Assembly (NCBI GenBank): GCA_040954595.2
Contig: CM082590.2
Coordinates: forward strand, 2,232,001-2,296,000
DNA length: 64,000 nt
Reading direction: 5' to 3'
From: Balanoglossus misakiensis
Taxonomy: Eukaryota; Animalia; Hemichordata
The notes below the pieces were generated by a model. That model was not told the origin of the DNA. It made no database searches and saw only the letters and a list, made by a program, of their open reading frames with translations. Position 1 is the stretch's first letter. Each line of letters starts with the position of its first letter. The translations under genes were made by a program, and so were the position numbers. Shown here in pieces: positions 25,301 through 36,200 of this stretch.

Positions 25301-25705
25301 GTCGAGGGCGAGGTATGCGCTGGGCAAAATCACTAAGTGAAATACGACTTGAAACAGCACATTTAGAATTACATTGAGATGATGCTCGCAGTGATTCTGT
25401 GAGACACAGATTCTAAATTCATGTACACAATTCATGCCGTATCTTTGGCTATGGAGTACGTACACAGTGAATGCACGAATATGTACTTACCGGTCGATCA
25501 GTACCTTTGCGACCTGGCGGTTCGTTTCCAATACCAAGGAGCGTTTGATTTCATTCCAACGATGAATTTCCGAGAAAATGTTTATCTGACCTACTTGTTT
25601 CAGCAATTGTTTACGTTTTTTTGCCGAAGCAGTGGTTTGTGGGCGGCCACGAGCACGTTTACGTTTACCACTGCTACTGGGAACAGACGCCAAAGCATCC
25701 GCCAT
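12957..25705 (-). CDS. Kolobok DDE transposase (~792 aa, 14 exons)
   Basis: Exons 25705-25491, 24883-24773, 24516-24391, 24046-23933, 23059-23006, 22729-22631, 22392-22086, 21801-21519, 21228-20992, 20021-19945, 14656-14552, 14294-14074, 13686-13522 and 13221-12957. All are GT-AG and phase-compatible, total 2379 nt, with no internal stop. Motifs GDGRMDSPG (D1), VVTDAH (D2), HDIWH, NHFWYC, HH..H..CDH, STAELESF (E), LAALDHN and DPRRI..PPP. Exons 2-6 (low complexity) are less certain than the catalytic exons. Confidence 0.88.
14686..14839 (-). repeat. Gypsy 3' LTR
   Basis: TGTGAT...ATCACA, identical by eye to 19533-19686. AATAAA on the - strand at 14746-14751. Purine tract AGTTGAGGAGA immediately upstream (14840-14850). 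Confidence 0.95.
15091..17910 (-). pseudogene. Gypsy pol (RT, RNase H, integrase) with a premature stop
   Basis: RT motifs LDMRKAN, LDMNMAFHQI and MHDDI. RNase H motifs DASPVG, EREAL and TDHKPL. Integrase HHCC plus the SDNGPPF...VER core. After the TAA at 15315-15313 the same frame continues to RRSTRIKSKPPWHKDY and a TAG at 15093-15091. Confidence 0.88.
17801..19432 (-). CDS. Gypsy gag-protease (two CCHC knuckles, aspartic protease)
   Basis: CFRCGRKGHMQREC, CFRCQKPGHRAADC and IDSGA. Reads into the RT N-terminus (PIAQYRRIPF), then leaves the pol frame at an A6 run near 17890-17895. Confidence 0.9.
   Translation of the reverse strand: MKMSTPVTLSGLPGVAGFDCEGEPEALQQRWERWLQEFELFVAASGVSNNAQKRALLLHMAGAGIRDIVSTKSEDETGDVTNCATLIACLDKHFQLQKNVPMARQKFYSATPTSGETVDSYVIRLKNLLKDCDFPETEKDNQIRDRVLLYISNKVLKSKLYREKNLDTTKLLQIIRSYHDKDALVLVSGTQAVSANAVNIGGKRTRAKNKMADLACFRCGRKGHMQRECRASTSGSSRNAEQKSDRCFRCQKPGHRAADCRAKWEDCPSKDSENGNSRGSGGNRSARGRGRTRGDGRGTHKVAQTTTDANADGGHADVETDEEKAYYAFNAAFRASSGKDLTDTGIQIENQHVPVIIDSGATCNLIGERQFRRLAEKRGVKVRNCNNKVFTYGSSKPLDILGKCALHVEAPTKKKCIADFIVIKADQPILLSRSTSENLDMLRVGNVNLYTINSISADNSSPILAELRRKYPEVFNGLGKLKGYKLHLHIDESVKPIAQYRRIPFNRRAKVVEKTQRASKAGSNREGFGSDLLGQPPCNSTKA
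19516..19528 (-). promoter_or_regulatory. Primer-binding site of the Gypsy element
   Basis: TGGCGACGAGGAT, 4 nt downstream of the 5' LTR, a PBS type common in Mag-like elements. Confidence 0.8.
19533..19686 (-). repeat. Gypsy 5' LTR
   Basis: 154 bp, identical to 14686-14839. Confidence 0.95.
20173..20967. mobile_element. Non-autonomous TTAA-specific element (probably a second Kolobok family), 795 bp, in transposase intron 9
   Basis: TTAA at 20169-20172 and 20968-20971. Termini GATGGGTCCCTAGGATCTTTTTGC... and its reverse complement (GA...TC, RR...YY). The TIR is near-perfect for ~55 bp and imperfect to ~140 bp. No recognisable coding sequence. Confidence 0.85.
22291..22331 (-). repeat. (GAT)n coding microsatellite giving a poly-Asp tract in transposase exon 7
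   Basis: (TCA)n on the + strand, in frame as GGDDDDDDDDDDDDDE. Confidence 0.9.
23506..23920. mobile_element. Hairpin-ended non-autonomous element in transposase intron 4 (Crypton-like or Helentron-like, unassigned)
   Basis: ~148-bp palindrome at 23506-23653 centred on CGAGCCGCAGGCTCG, and a small hairpin TTCTCACACTCCC...GGGAGTGTAAGAA at 23884-23917 sharing the TCTCACAC motif. No clear TSD. Confidence 0.55.
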
Positions 25706-26325
25706 GACTGTCGCTACAGCTATAATTATATGTATGACGTTTCATTTTGTGTATATACCCTTGCACATGCGCACATTGGTAATGATCGAAGCCCGGCCCG
25801 CGTCCGCGCTCGAATAAATGGTAAAGAACGATTATTCATTTTGGTGATTTTTTTACTCTCGTGTCTACAAGCGGGATGGAACTTGTGTGTGGTCGAACGT
25901 TGATTCACTATATATCAACATTTAAAATAACATACACAGTGTCTTGAATGAATCAAAATTAATGGAAAAAAGGCAAAAAGAGAGAGACTTTGTCCCTTTA
26001 AGTCAAAGGCTGATATTTCTCACTGTGTGTGACCAGGGTATCATTTTAAACACAGACTGGACTTTGACTACTGTGTCCAATGGAAAAAATACATCAGCAT
26101 CTATGTCTGCAAAAAGGTGTCAAAACTGACATATCTTATCATGTATGTCATCAAACTCAAAGGATAATATCTTCATTTCATGTGACCTGCCTGGTTAAAG
26201 TTTACCGCCAACATTTCACCATGCTTTACCCACCCACCCATGGCACAGTGTGTCAAATCCAATATTTGGTTCGATGAATGAACCATGAAAGTTTCCGAAT
26301 TGGTACTACCCGAAAACTGCATGGC

Positions 26326-26960
26326 AAGCTAAATTTGGAATTTGGATGGGGTGGGGAGGTAAAGCTAACCTAACGTACAGTCGTTTAGATTTAACATTAT
26401 GCCTGTGAGTTACATGTTAATATTTTCTGCATGTCTGTCGCGTACAATGCGTCGGTGCGGAAAAATGATCACAGGTACTATTCAGAAGAATTCCGCTGAA
26501 TCATGGTGACGATGTGCATGGAAAAATCCTGATTATGATCTAACTGATAAACAATAGCATGATATTAATAAAATATACACATTAACCAATGAATGAACCA
26601 TCGTGAAGATTGTGCCCCAACACTTATTTAAGCTTTTATCATTATTATACCTTTGTCATTACTAAATATATCAACAGCCCTGTACACCAAAGCTATCACC
26701 ACATTTGTTAACCTTTATTACACCATTCATATGAAACCCTTCACCATCATCAACCTCTATTATATTCATTGTTTTGGCCCATTATAATCTGTGTACCCTC
26801 AATTTTACCACAAACCATCACCACATTAGTTAACTGTTTATTAAACACTTCCACATGTGTTGCCCATTATTATACCATTGAAATTTATAAATCGATCATC
26901 ATACCTATCATACAAGCAATTGCTGATTGCTGTTAACCCTTGTGTACCACAAGCCATTAT
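26326..26960 (+). repeat. Dispersed direct repeat, copy A (copy B at ~49489-50220)
   Basis: AAGCTAAATTTGGAATTTGGATGGGGTGGGGAGG...TGTCTGTCGCGTACAATG...AATATACACATTAACCAATGAATGAACCA is shared with 49489 onward and followed by a degenerate TTATACC-rich tract. Confidence 0.8.
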
Positions 26961-27761
26961 CATGAAATAGGCAACATGAATTTCACATAACACAGTTTGT
27001 CAGCTCTGAGAATATTGTTCTCAGGACCATGTCCCACGCTTAATAAAAGTGTTGTGTATGTGGTACAGTTTAGATTCCTTGTCAGATTTCCCATAACACA
27101 GTTCGTGAGCCCCGAAAAGTACCATAACACAATTCTCATGAACATTTCCCATGATCAATAAAAGTGTTGTGCGTAGCATAGTCATTTTTCCGTTTGCTGT
27201 GACATTTGTCTCCGTGTGAGAGTTTAAGTAAATGTGGAAACACGCAAATTAGGCAACATCAATATCCCGTACAGAATTCAGTGTGTTTTGTTCGCATTTT
27301 TGGTTGCCATTTTGAAAATGAACAAAGGACTTTCCATTGACCAACACCCGTATGAATACGTCCAAATTACCCAACTTTAATATTCCTTAAATAATTGGTC
27401 AGCTGTGCAAATATTTTTCACCTGACCACTTCCTTTGCTAAGCAAGAGTGTTTTTTATGTAATAATATTAATATAATATTTATAACGTATGTAGCACATT
27501 AAATCTCAATGTGCTTTAAAGTTGTCCCATGGTCATTTGATTTAGGTCGTTGGACATAAATATTCCATTCAACTCCCTGGGGAGCAAACAACATCTCACC
27601 ATCTTTAGAAATGTCAAATTACAGTGCTTTTGGCCACGTATTAACCTGGGGATTTACAGTTAACTTTAAATACACATGCATATGCATTTAATCCCCATGT
27701 GACTATAAAACAGTTTGTAAATGTGAATATGTCCACATTACACAACTTGAATTTTACTTAA

Positions 27762-28092
27762 AGGGACAAAGTGTCTCTCTCGCTGCCCTTTTTACCATTA
27801 ATTATGTTTGATACAAGACATCGTTTATGTTGGCTGTATAGTGAATCAATGTTCGACCAAACACAACTTCCACCCCACTTGTACACACAAGAATGAAAAA
27901 ACTCGCCAAAATGAATAATCGGTGTTTACCATTTATTCATTTTTGCGAGATTTTTACTCTCAGATTCTACAAACGGGATGAAAGTTGTTGGTTGAATGTT
28001 GATTCACTATATAGCCACATGTAGAATAACATAAATGGGTTCATGTATCAAACTTAATTGAACAATGGTGGCGAAAGAGAGACTTTGCCCCT
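27762..28092. mobile_element. Fold-back Kolobok MITE, copy 2
   Basis: TTAA at 27758-27761 and 28093-28096, with the same palindromic body as 11987-12334. Paralogous empty sites (CCTTAAATAATTGGTCAGC near 27386, CCTTAAAGAATTGGTCAGC near 29388) carry a single TTAA. Confidence 0.88.
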
Positions 28093-28164
28093 TTAAACAA
28101 TTGGTCAGCTCTGCGAATATAGTTCACCTGACCACTTCCTTTGCTAAGTAAGAGTGTTGTTTAT

Positions 28165-28505
28165 ATAATGATATCAATATAATATTTATTACTTATATAG
28201 CACATTACACAATAAATCTCAATGTGCTGCTTCAAAGTGTTTCCCATGGTAATTTGACCTAGGTCGGTGGACCTAAAATATTCCATCCCACTCCATGGGG
28301 AGCAAACAACAGCTCACATGTGCAGCTTTTATATCAGCACAGCAGACCTAAACATACTCATTACAATATCGGATCCACCAAATTACCTTTTCTTATGGGC
28401 GGGGAGAGGCAAGGAGATGTAAACACCACAACACCACAACCATGCCAGGGATCAAACCCTTGATTCTTTGATTATGGGTCTGATGCTCTAACGACTGGAC
28501 TATGA
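28165..28505 (-). mobile_element. Degenerate tRNA-derived SINE, with partial 3' copies at ~27460-27595 and ~30105-30235
   Basis: On the - strand, an A-box-like TAGTCCAGTCGTTAGAGC (from 28502) and a B-box-like GGTTTGATCCC (28458-28448), a CTCCCCA(G/T)GGAGT core and an AT-rich (TAT)n-like tail. Confidence 0.5.
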
Positions 28506-29469
28506 CTTTATGTGGCACAATGACCTTTCCATTTAGTGCCTTGTTCAGCTCTCAGTCAGGGTTTAAGCAAATATGGAAACATGCATATTAGGCTCTTTGA
28601 ATGTCCAAAAATTCAGTGTGTCAGCTCCCATTTCCCAAGACCAGTTCCCGTGCTAAATAAAAGTGCTGTGTGTGGCATAATCATTTTTCCGTCTGCTGTG
28701 ACATTTGTCTCCCTGTGAGAGTTTAAGTAAATGTGGAGACACGCAAATTAGGCAATCCCATATATCCCATACATAATTCAGTGTGTTTTGTTCACATTTT
28801 TGGTTTTTATTTTGAAAATGAACAAAGGAGTTTCCTATCATTGAGCAACTCACTCCATTAACAGTTGCTCGATATGCAGGCTAACTTGCTAGATCACTAA
28901 AGACTTAAAGCATGTTGAGGTTGGTGCCCCAAACCCTCTTGAAGACAACTGGTTGCTAACGATTGCCAATTAGGCAATTTGGATATTCTACACATAACAC
29001 AGTTTGTCAACTTTGAGAATACTGTTCTCAATACTATTTCCCATGCTTAATAGAAGTGTTGAGTAACAGTATGTGGTAGAATGGCATTCCTATACGTTGC
29101 CTTCTTTTGCTCATTATCACGGTTTCAGTAAATTTAGAGACACGCAAGTTTAGCAGCTTGAATTTCTCATAACACAGTTTTGAGCTCCGAGAACACAGTT
29201 CTCATGAACATTTCCCATGCTCCATAAAAGTGTTGTGTATGTCTTACAATGATCTTTCCATACGCTGCCTTGTATAGCTGCTGTTAATAATTCAAGTTAA
29301 TGTGGAGACGTATTAGGCAACATCAACGTCCCATACATAACACAGTTTGTAGGTATGAATACATCCAAAATACCCAACTTTAATTTTCCTTAAAGAATTG
29401 GTCAGCTCTGCAAATATATTTCACCTGACCACTTCCTTAGCTAAGTAAGAGTGTTGTTTATGTAATATT

Positions 29470-30102
29470 ATCATACATGCAACGCCTGTATTTAACACTT
29501 TCTATTGTTCTCGCCCCGAAGATATTTTACGGTATTTCACAATGTGAAAATATCGCGTCCACGTCTCGGCGTGACAGTTCACTGCGCGCGCGAGCGACAC
29601 ACGGGGCATAGTGGAGAGGGGTGTTGTAAAATTCGGTTATTAGAAGCTGTAATAAAGTTTTCAAAGCTGGCGGTTTTGTCATGTTGAATGCATCATTTTT
29701 AGTTCTTCGAAATTCTCAATGCAAAATAATTGTTAACATGATATTTTGAAAGAGAACGTAGACAATTTTATTTAGAATGTGGATGTGCCCATCGTAATGA
29801 AAGCTGCCAACCCCCTTAAAATGATACTACGGCCCACACGTCATACGTCACAACATGGCTACTGCCGTGATCCCAGCGCCCGGTTCAAATTTGAAATTGT
29901 TTTTCTCGGCGCATTTCTGCAAATCGTACTGTTTTATAGGTAGGCATGTATGATAAAGAGGTTATTACACGAATTTTGGTCGATAACGCGACGCATTCTC
30001 GTGATGTCTGTATTTTGACTCGTTGCGAAGCGCAACTCATCAAAATACGGACATCACTCGAATACGACGCGTTATCGACCAAAATTCGTGTAATAACCCC
30101 TA
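29470..30102. mobile_element. Non-autonomous element with a large terminal hairpin (Crypton-like by architecture, unassigned)
   Basis: 139-bp palindrome at 29960-30098 with a GCGAAGC loop. An 11-bp inverted pair ATCATACATGC (29470) / GCATGTATGAT (29944). AATATT direct repeat at 29464-29469 and 30103-30108. The paralogous site near 27460 lacks the insert. Confidence 0.7.
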
Positions 30103-30247
30103 AATATTAATATAATATTTATAACTTATGTAGCACATTAAATCTCAACATGCTTTAAAGTTGTCCCATGGTAATTTGACCTAGGTCGTTGGACCTTACT
30201 ATTCCATTCAACTCCCTGGGGAGCAAACAACATCTCACCATCATTAG

Positions 30248-33200
30248 AAATGTCTAATTACAGTGCTTTTGGCCACGTATTAACCTGGGGATTTACAATC
30301 AACTTTAAATCCACATATGCACCATATTCCAATGTCAATGTGAAGGGCTTGAAATACCATCTACCCTGATGCATCATCAAGTTTGTTTCGACAACTTTAA
30401 ATCCCCTTCAGCAAGCATTTTATACCCATGTCAAAGTGCAGAGCTTGCATCACCATCTATCCTGATGCATCATCAAGCTGCTTCGCCATTTGCCCTGATG
30501 CAAAGAATCAGATATAGTGTCACCATTGCATTAGCAATGTCAAATTACAGTGCTTTTGGCCAGGCATTAACCTGGGGATTTACAATCAACTTTAAATCCC
30601 CATATGCACTATATTCCAATGTCAATGTGAAGGGCTTGAAATACCATCTACCCTGATGCATCATCAAGTTTGTTTCGACAACTTTAAAGCCCCCTCAGCA
30701 AGCATTTTATACCCATGTCAAAGTGCAGAGCTTGCATCACCATCTTTCCTGATGCATCATCAAGCTGCTTCGCCATTTGCCCTGATGCAAAGAATCAGAT
30801 ATAGTGTCACCATTGCATTAGCAATGTCAAATTACACTGCTTTTGGCCATGTATTAACATCGGGATTTATAATCAACTTGAAATCCCCATATGCTTTTTA
30901 TACCCATGTCAAAGCGAAGTGTTTGCATCACTATCTACAGTAATGCATCGTCAAGCATGCTTCGCCATTTGCCGTAATGCAAAGAATCAGATTCAATGTC
31001 ACCATTGCATTCGCAATGTCAAATTACTGTGCTTTTGGCCACATATTAACCTGGCGATTTACAGTCAACTTTAAACATCAGTGCATATGCATTAAATACA
31101 CATGTCAAAGTGCAGTGTCTCCATCACCATTGATCCTGATGCATCATCAAGCATGCTTCGTTATATGCCCTGGTGCAAAGAATCAGATTTAGTATCACAG
31201 TAGCATTAGCCATGTCAAATTACAGTGCTTTTGGCTATGTATTAACCTAGGGATTTACACTCAACTTTAAATCCCCATATGCATTATATGCCAATGTCAA
31301 TGTGAAGGGCTTGAAATACCATCTACCCTGATGCATCATCAAGTTTGTTTCGCCATTAACCCTGATGCAAATAATCAGTGTCACCATAGCATTAGCAATG
31401 TCAATTTACTGAGCGTTTGGCCATGTATTAACTTGGGGGTTTACAATCAACTTTAAATCCCCATATGCATTATATTGCAATGTTAACTTGAACGGCTTGA
31501 AACACCATCTATACTGATGCATCATCAAGCTTTCTTTACAATTTACCCTGATGCAAAGAATCAGATTTAGTGTCGCCATAGCATTAGCAATGGCAAATAA
31601 AAGTGTTTTCGGCCACATATTAACCCAGGGATTTATAATCAACTTGAAATCCCCATATGAATTTTATACCCGTGTCAAAGCGAAGTGCTTGCATCAATAT
31701 CTACCGTGATGCATCATCAAGCTTGCTTCGCCATTTGCCCTAATGCAAAGAATCAGATTCAATGTCACTGTAGCATTAGCAATGTCAAATTACAGTTCGT
31801 TTGGCCGTATACTAACCTGGGGATTTACAATCAACTTTAAATCCCCATATGCATTATATTCTAATGTCAATGTGAAGGGCTTGAAACACCATCTATCCTG
31901 ATGCATCATCAAGCTTGCTTCACCATTTTCCCTGATGCAAAGAATCAGATTTAGTGTCACGGTAGCATTAGCAAATCCCCATATGCATTTAACACCCACG
32001 TCAAAGTGAAGTGTTTGCATCCCTATCTACCGTGATGCATCATCAAGCTTGCATCGCCATTTACCCTGATGCAAAGAATCAGATTCAATATCATCGTTGC
32101 ATTAGCAATGTCAAATTACAGTGCTTATGGCCACGTATTAACCTGGGAATTTACAGACAACTTTAAATACCCATGCATATGCATTAAATACCTATGTCAA
32201 AGTGCAGAGCTTGCATCACCATTTACTCTGATGCACCATTAGGCTTGCTACGCCATTTCCCCTAATGCAAAGAATCACATTCAATGTCACCATTGCATTA
32301 GCAATTTTAAATTACAGTGTTTTTGGCCATGTATTAACCTATGGATTTGCAATTAACTTTAAATCCCCATATGCGTTATATTCCAATGTCAAGTGAAGGG
32401 CTTGAAACACCATCTATCCTGATGCATCATCAAGCTTGCTTCACAATTTACCCTGATGCAAAAAATCACATTCAGCGTCACCATTTCATTAGCAATGTCA
32501 AATTACAGTGCTTATTGCCACGTATTAACCTGGGAATTTACAGACAACTTTAAATACCCATGCATATACATTAAATACCTATGTCAAAGTGCAGAGCTTG
32601 CATCACCATTTACTCTGATGCACCATTAGGCTTGCTACGCCATTTCCCCTAATGCAAAGAATCACATTCAATGTCACCATTGCATTAGCAATTTTAAATT
32701 ACAGTGTTTTTGGCCATGTATTAACCTATGGATTTGCAATTAACTTTAAATCCCCATATGCGTTATATTCCAATGTCAAGTGAAGGGCTTGAAACACCAT
32801 CTATCCTGATGCATCATCAAGCTTGCTTCACAATTTACCCTGATGCAAAAAATCACATTCAGCGTCACCATTTCATTAGCAATGTCAAATTACAGTGCTT
32901 ATTGCCACGTATTAACCTGGGAATTTACAGACAACTTTAAATACCCATGCATATACATTAAATACCTATGTCAAAGTGCAGAGCTTGCATCACCATCTAC
33001 TCTGATGCATCATTAGGTTTGCATCGCCATTCCCCCTAATGCAAAGAATCAGATTCAATGTCACCCTTGCATTAGCAATTTTAAATTACAGTGCTTTTGG
33101 ACATGTATTAACCTAGGGATTTTCAATCAACTTTAAATCCCCATATGCGTTATATTCCATTGTAAATGTGAAGGGCTTGAAACACCATCTGTCCTGATGC

Positions 33201-36200
33201 ATCATCAAGCTTGCTTCACAATTTACCCCGATGGAAAGAATCAGATTTAATGTCACGGTAGCATTAGCAATGTCAAACTACAGTGCTTATGGCCACGTAT
33301 CAACCTGGGGATTTACAATCAACTTTAAATCCCCATATGCGTTATATTCCAATGTCAATGTGAAGGGCTTGAAATACCATCTACCCTGATCCATCATCAA
33401 GCTGCTTCCCCATTTGCCCTGATGCAAAGAATCAGATATAGTGTCAACATTGCATTAGCAATGTCAAATTACAGTGCTTTTGGACACGTATTAACACAGG
33501 GATTTATAATCTACTTGAAATCCCTATATGCTTTTTATACCCATGTCTAAGCGAAGTGTTTGCATCACTATCTACTGTGATGCATCATCAAGCATGCTTC
33601 GCCATTTACGCTGATGCAAAGAATCAGATTCAATGTCACCATTGCATTAGCAATGTCAAATTACAGTGCTTTTGGCCATGTATAAACATCGGGATTTATA
33701 ATCAACTTGAAATCCCCATATGCTTTTTATACCCATGTCAAAGCGAAGTGTTTGCATCACTATCTACAGTAATGCATCGTCAAGCATGCTTCGCCATTTG
33801 CCCTAATGCAAAGAATCACATTAAATGTCACTGTTGCATTCGCAATGTCAAATTACTGTGCTTTTGGCCACGTATTAACCTGGCGATTTACAGTCAACTT
33901 TAAATCCCCATATGCATTATATTCCAATGTCAATGTGAAGGGCTTGAAAAACCATCTACCCTGATGCATCATCAAGTTTGTTTCGCCATTAACCCTGATG
34001 CAAATAATCAGTGTCACCATAGCATTAGCAATGGCAAATAAAAGTGCTTTCGGCCAAATATTAACCCAGGGATTTATAATCAACTTGAAATCCCCATATG
34101 AATTTTATACCTATGTCAAAGCGAAGTGCTTGCATCAATATCTACCGTGATGCATCATCAAGCTTGCTTCGCCATTTGCCCTAATGCAAAGAATCAGATT
34201 CAATGTCACTGTAGCATTAGCAATGTCAAATTACAGTTCGTTTGGCCGTTTACTAACCTGGGAATTTACAATCAACTTTAAATCCCCATATGCATTATAT
34301 TCTAATGTCAATGTGAAGGGCTTGAAACACCATCTATCCTGATGCATCATCAAGCTTGCTTCACCATTTTCCCTGATGCAAAGAATCAGATTTAGTATCA
34401 CGGTAGCATTAGAAATGTCAAATTACAGTGCCTATGGCCACGTATTAACCTCGGGATGTACGGAGAACTTTAAATACCCTTACATATACATTTAATACCT
34501 ATGTCAAAATGCAGAGCTTGCATCACCATATACTCCAATGCATTATTAAGCTTGCTTCACCATTTTCCCTGATGCAAAGAATCAGATTAAATGTCACCGT
34601 TGTATTAGCAATGTCAAATTAAAGTGCTTTTGGACTTGTATTAACCCGGGGATTTACATTCAACTTTTAATCCCCCTGTATACATTTTAAACCCCGGTGT
34701 CAAAGTTTAGTGATTGCATCACCATTGACCCTGGTGCATCATCAAGCATTCTTCAGAATTTGCCCTGATGCAAAGAATCAGATTCAATGTCACCCTTGCA
34801 TTAGCAATTTTAAATTACAGTGCTTTTGGACATGTATTAACCTAGGGATTTACAGTCAACATTAAATACCCATGCACATGCATTAAATACCTATGTCAAA
34901 ATGCATAGCTTGCATCACCATCTACTCCAATGCATCATTAAGCTTGCTTAGCCATTTCCCCTAATGCAAAGAATTACATTCAATGTCACCATTTCATTAG
35001 CAATGTCAAATTACAGTGCTTTTGGATGCGTATTAACCCAAGGATTTGTAATCAACTTGAAATCCCCATATGCATTTAATACCCATGTCACATTAAACTG
35101 TTTGCATCACTATCTACCGTGATGCATCATCAAGCCTGCATCGCCATTTACCCTTATGCATAGAATCAGATTCAATGTCACCGTTGCATTAGCAATGTCA
35201 AATAAAAGTGCTTTTGGCCATTATTAACCTAGGGATTTACAATCAACTTTAAATCCCCATATGCATTATATTCAAAAGTCAATGTGAAGGGCTTGGAACA
35301 CCATCTATCCTGATGCATCATCACGTTTGCTTCACCATTTATCCATATTCAATGTCACCCTTGCATTAGTAATTTTAAATTACAGTGCTTTTGGCCATGT
35401 ATTAACCTCGGGATTTAGAGTCAACTTTAAATATCAATGCGCATGCATTAAATACCCATGTCAAAGTGAAGTGTTTGCATCACTATCTACTGAGATGCAT
35501 CATCAAGCTTGCATCGCCATTTACCCTGATGCAAAGACTCAGATTCAATATCATCGTTGCATTAGCAATGTCAAATTACAGTGCTTATGGCCACGTATTA
35601 ACCTGAGGATTTACAGTCAACATCAAATACCCATGCATATGCATTAAATACCTATGTCAAAGTGCAGAGCTTGCATCACCATCTACTCTGATGCACCATT
35701 AGGCTTGCTACGCCATTTCCCCTAATGCAAAGAATCACATTCAATGTCACCATTGCTTTTGGCCATGTATTAACCTGGGGATTTACAATCAACTTTAAAT
35801 CCCCGTATGCGTTATATTCCAATGTCAATGTGAAGGGCTTGAAACACCATCTATCATGATACATCATCAAGCTTGCTTCACAATTTACCCTGATGCAAAG
35901 AATCAGATTTAGTATCACGGTAGCATTAGCAATGTCAAATTACAGTGATTATGGCCACGTATTAACCTGGGGATTTACAGACAACTTTAAATACCCATGC
36001 ATATACATTTAATACCTATGTCAAAATGCAGAGCTTGCATCACCATATACTCCGATGCATTATTAAGCTTGCTTCACCATTTGCCCTGATGCAAAGAATC
36101 AGATTAAATGTCACCGTTGTATTATCAATGTCAAATTACGGTGCTTTTGGACTTGTATTAACCTGGGGATTTACAGTCAACTTTTAATCCCCCTGTATAC

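Larger units (their letters stand above)
6890..25997. mobile_element. Kolobok-superfamily DNA transposon, apparently autonomous, 19,108 bp including nested insertions (~10.4 kb without them)
   Basis: Perfect 28-bp TIR AGGGACAAAGTCTCTCTCTTTTTGCCTT (6890-6917) with its reverse complement at 25970-25997. TTAA flanks at 6886-6889 and 25998-26001. RR...YY termini. It encloses a DDE transposase gene and a convergent KolX-like gene, the known Kolobok layout. Confidence 0.92.
26960..29465. repeat. Degenerate tandem/segmental repeat zone
   Basis: Recurring CATAACACAGTT, TTCCCATG..AATAAAAGTGTTG and ATTGGTCAGCT..CACCTGACCACTTCCTT blocks, e.g. 27155-27330 vs 28652-28830, and 27390 vs 28100 vs 29395. Confidence 0.65.

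Noticed and set aside
6886-26001. piggyBac assignment because of the TTAA TSD
   Set aside because: Termini are AG...CT rather than CC...GG, and the transposase motifs (DGRxDSPG, TDxH, DxWH, LESF) plus the KolX partner fit Kolobok.
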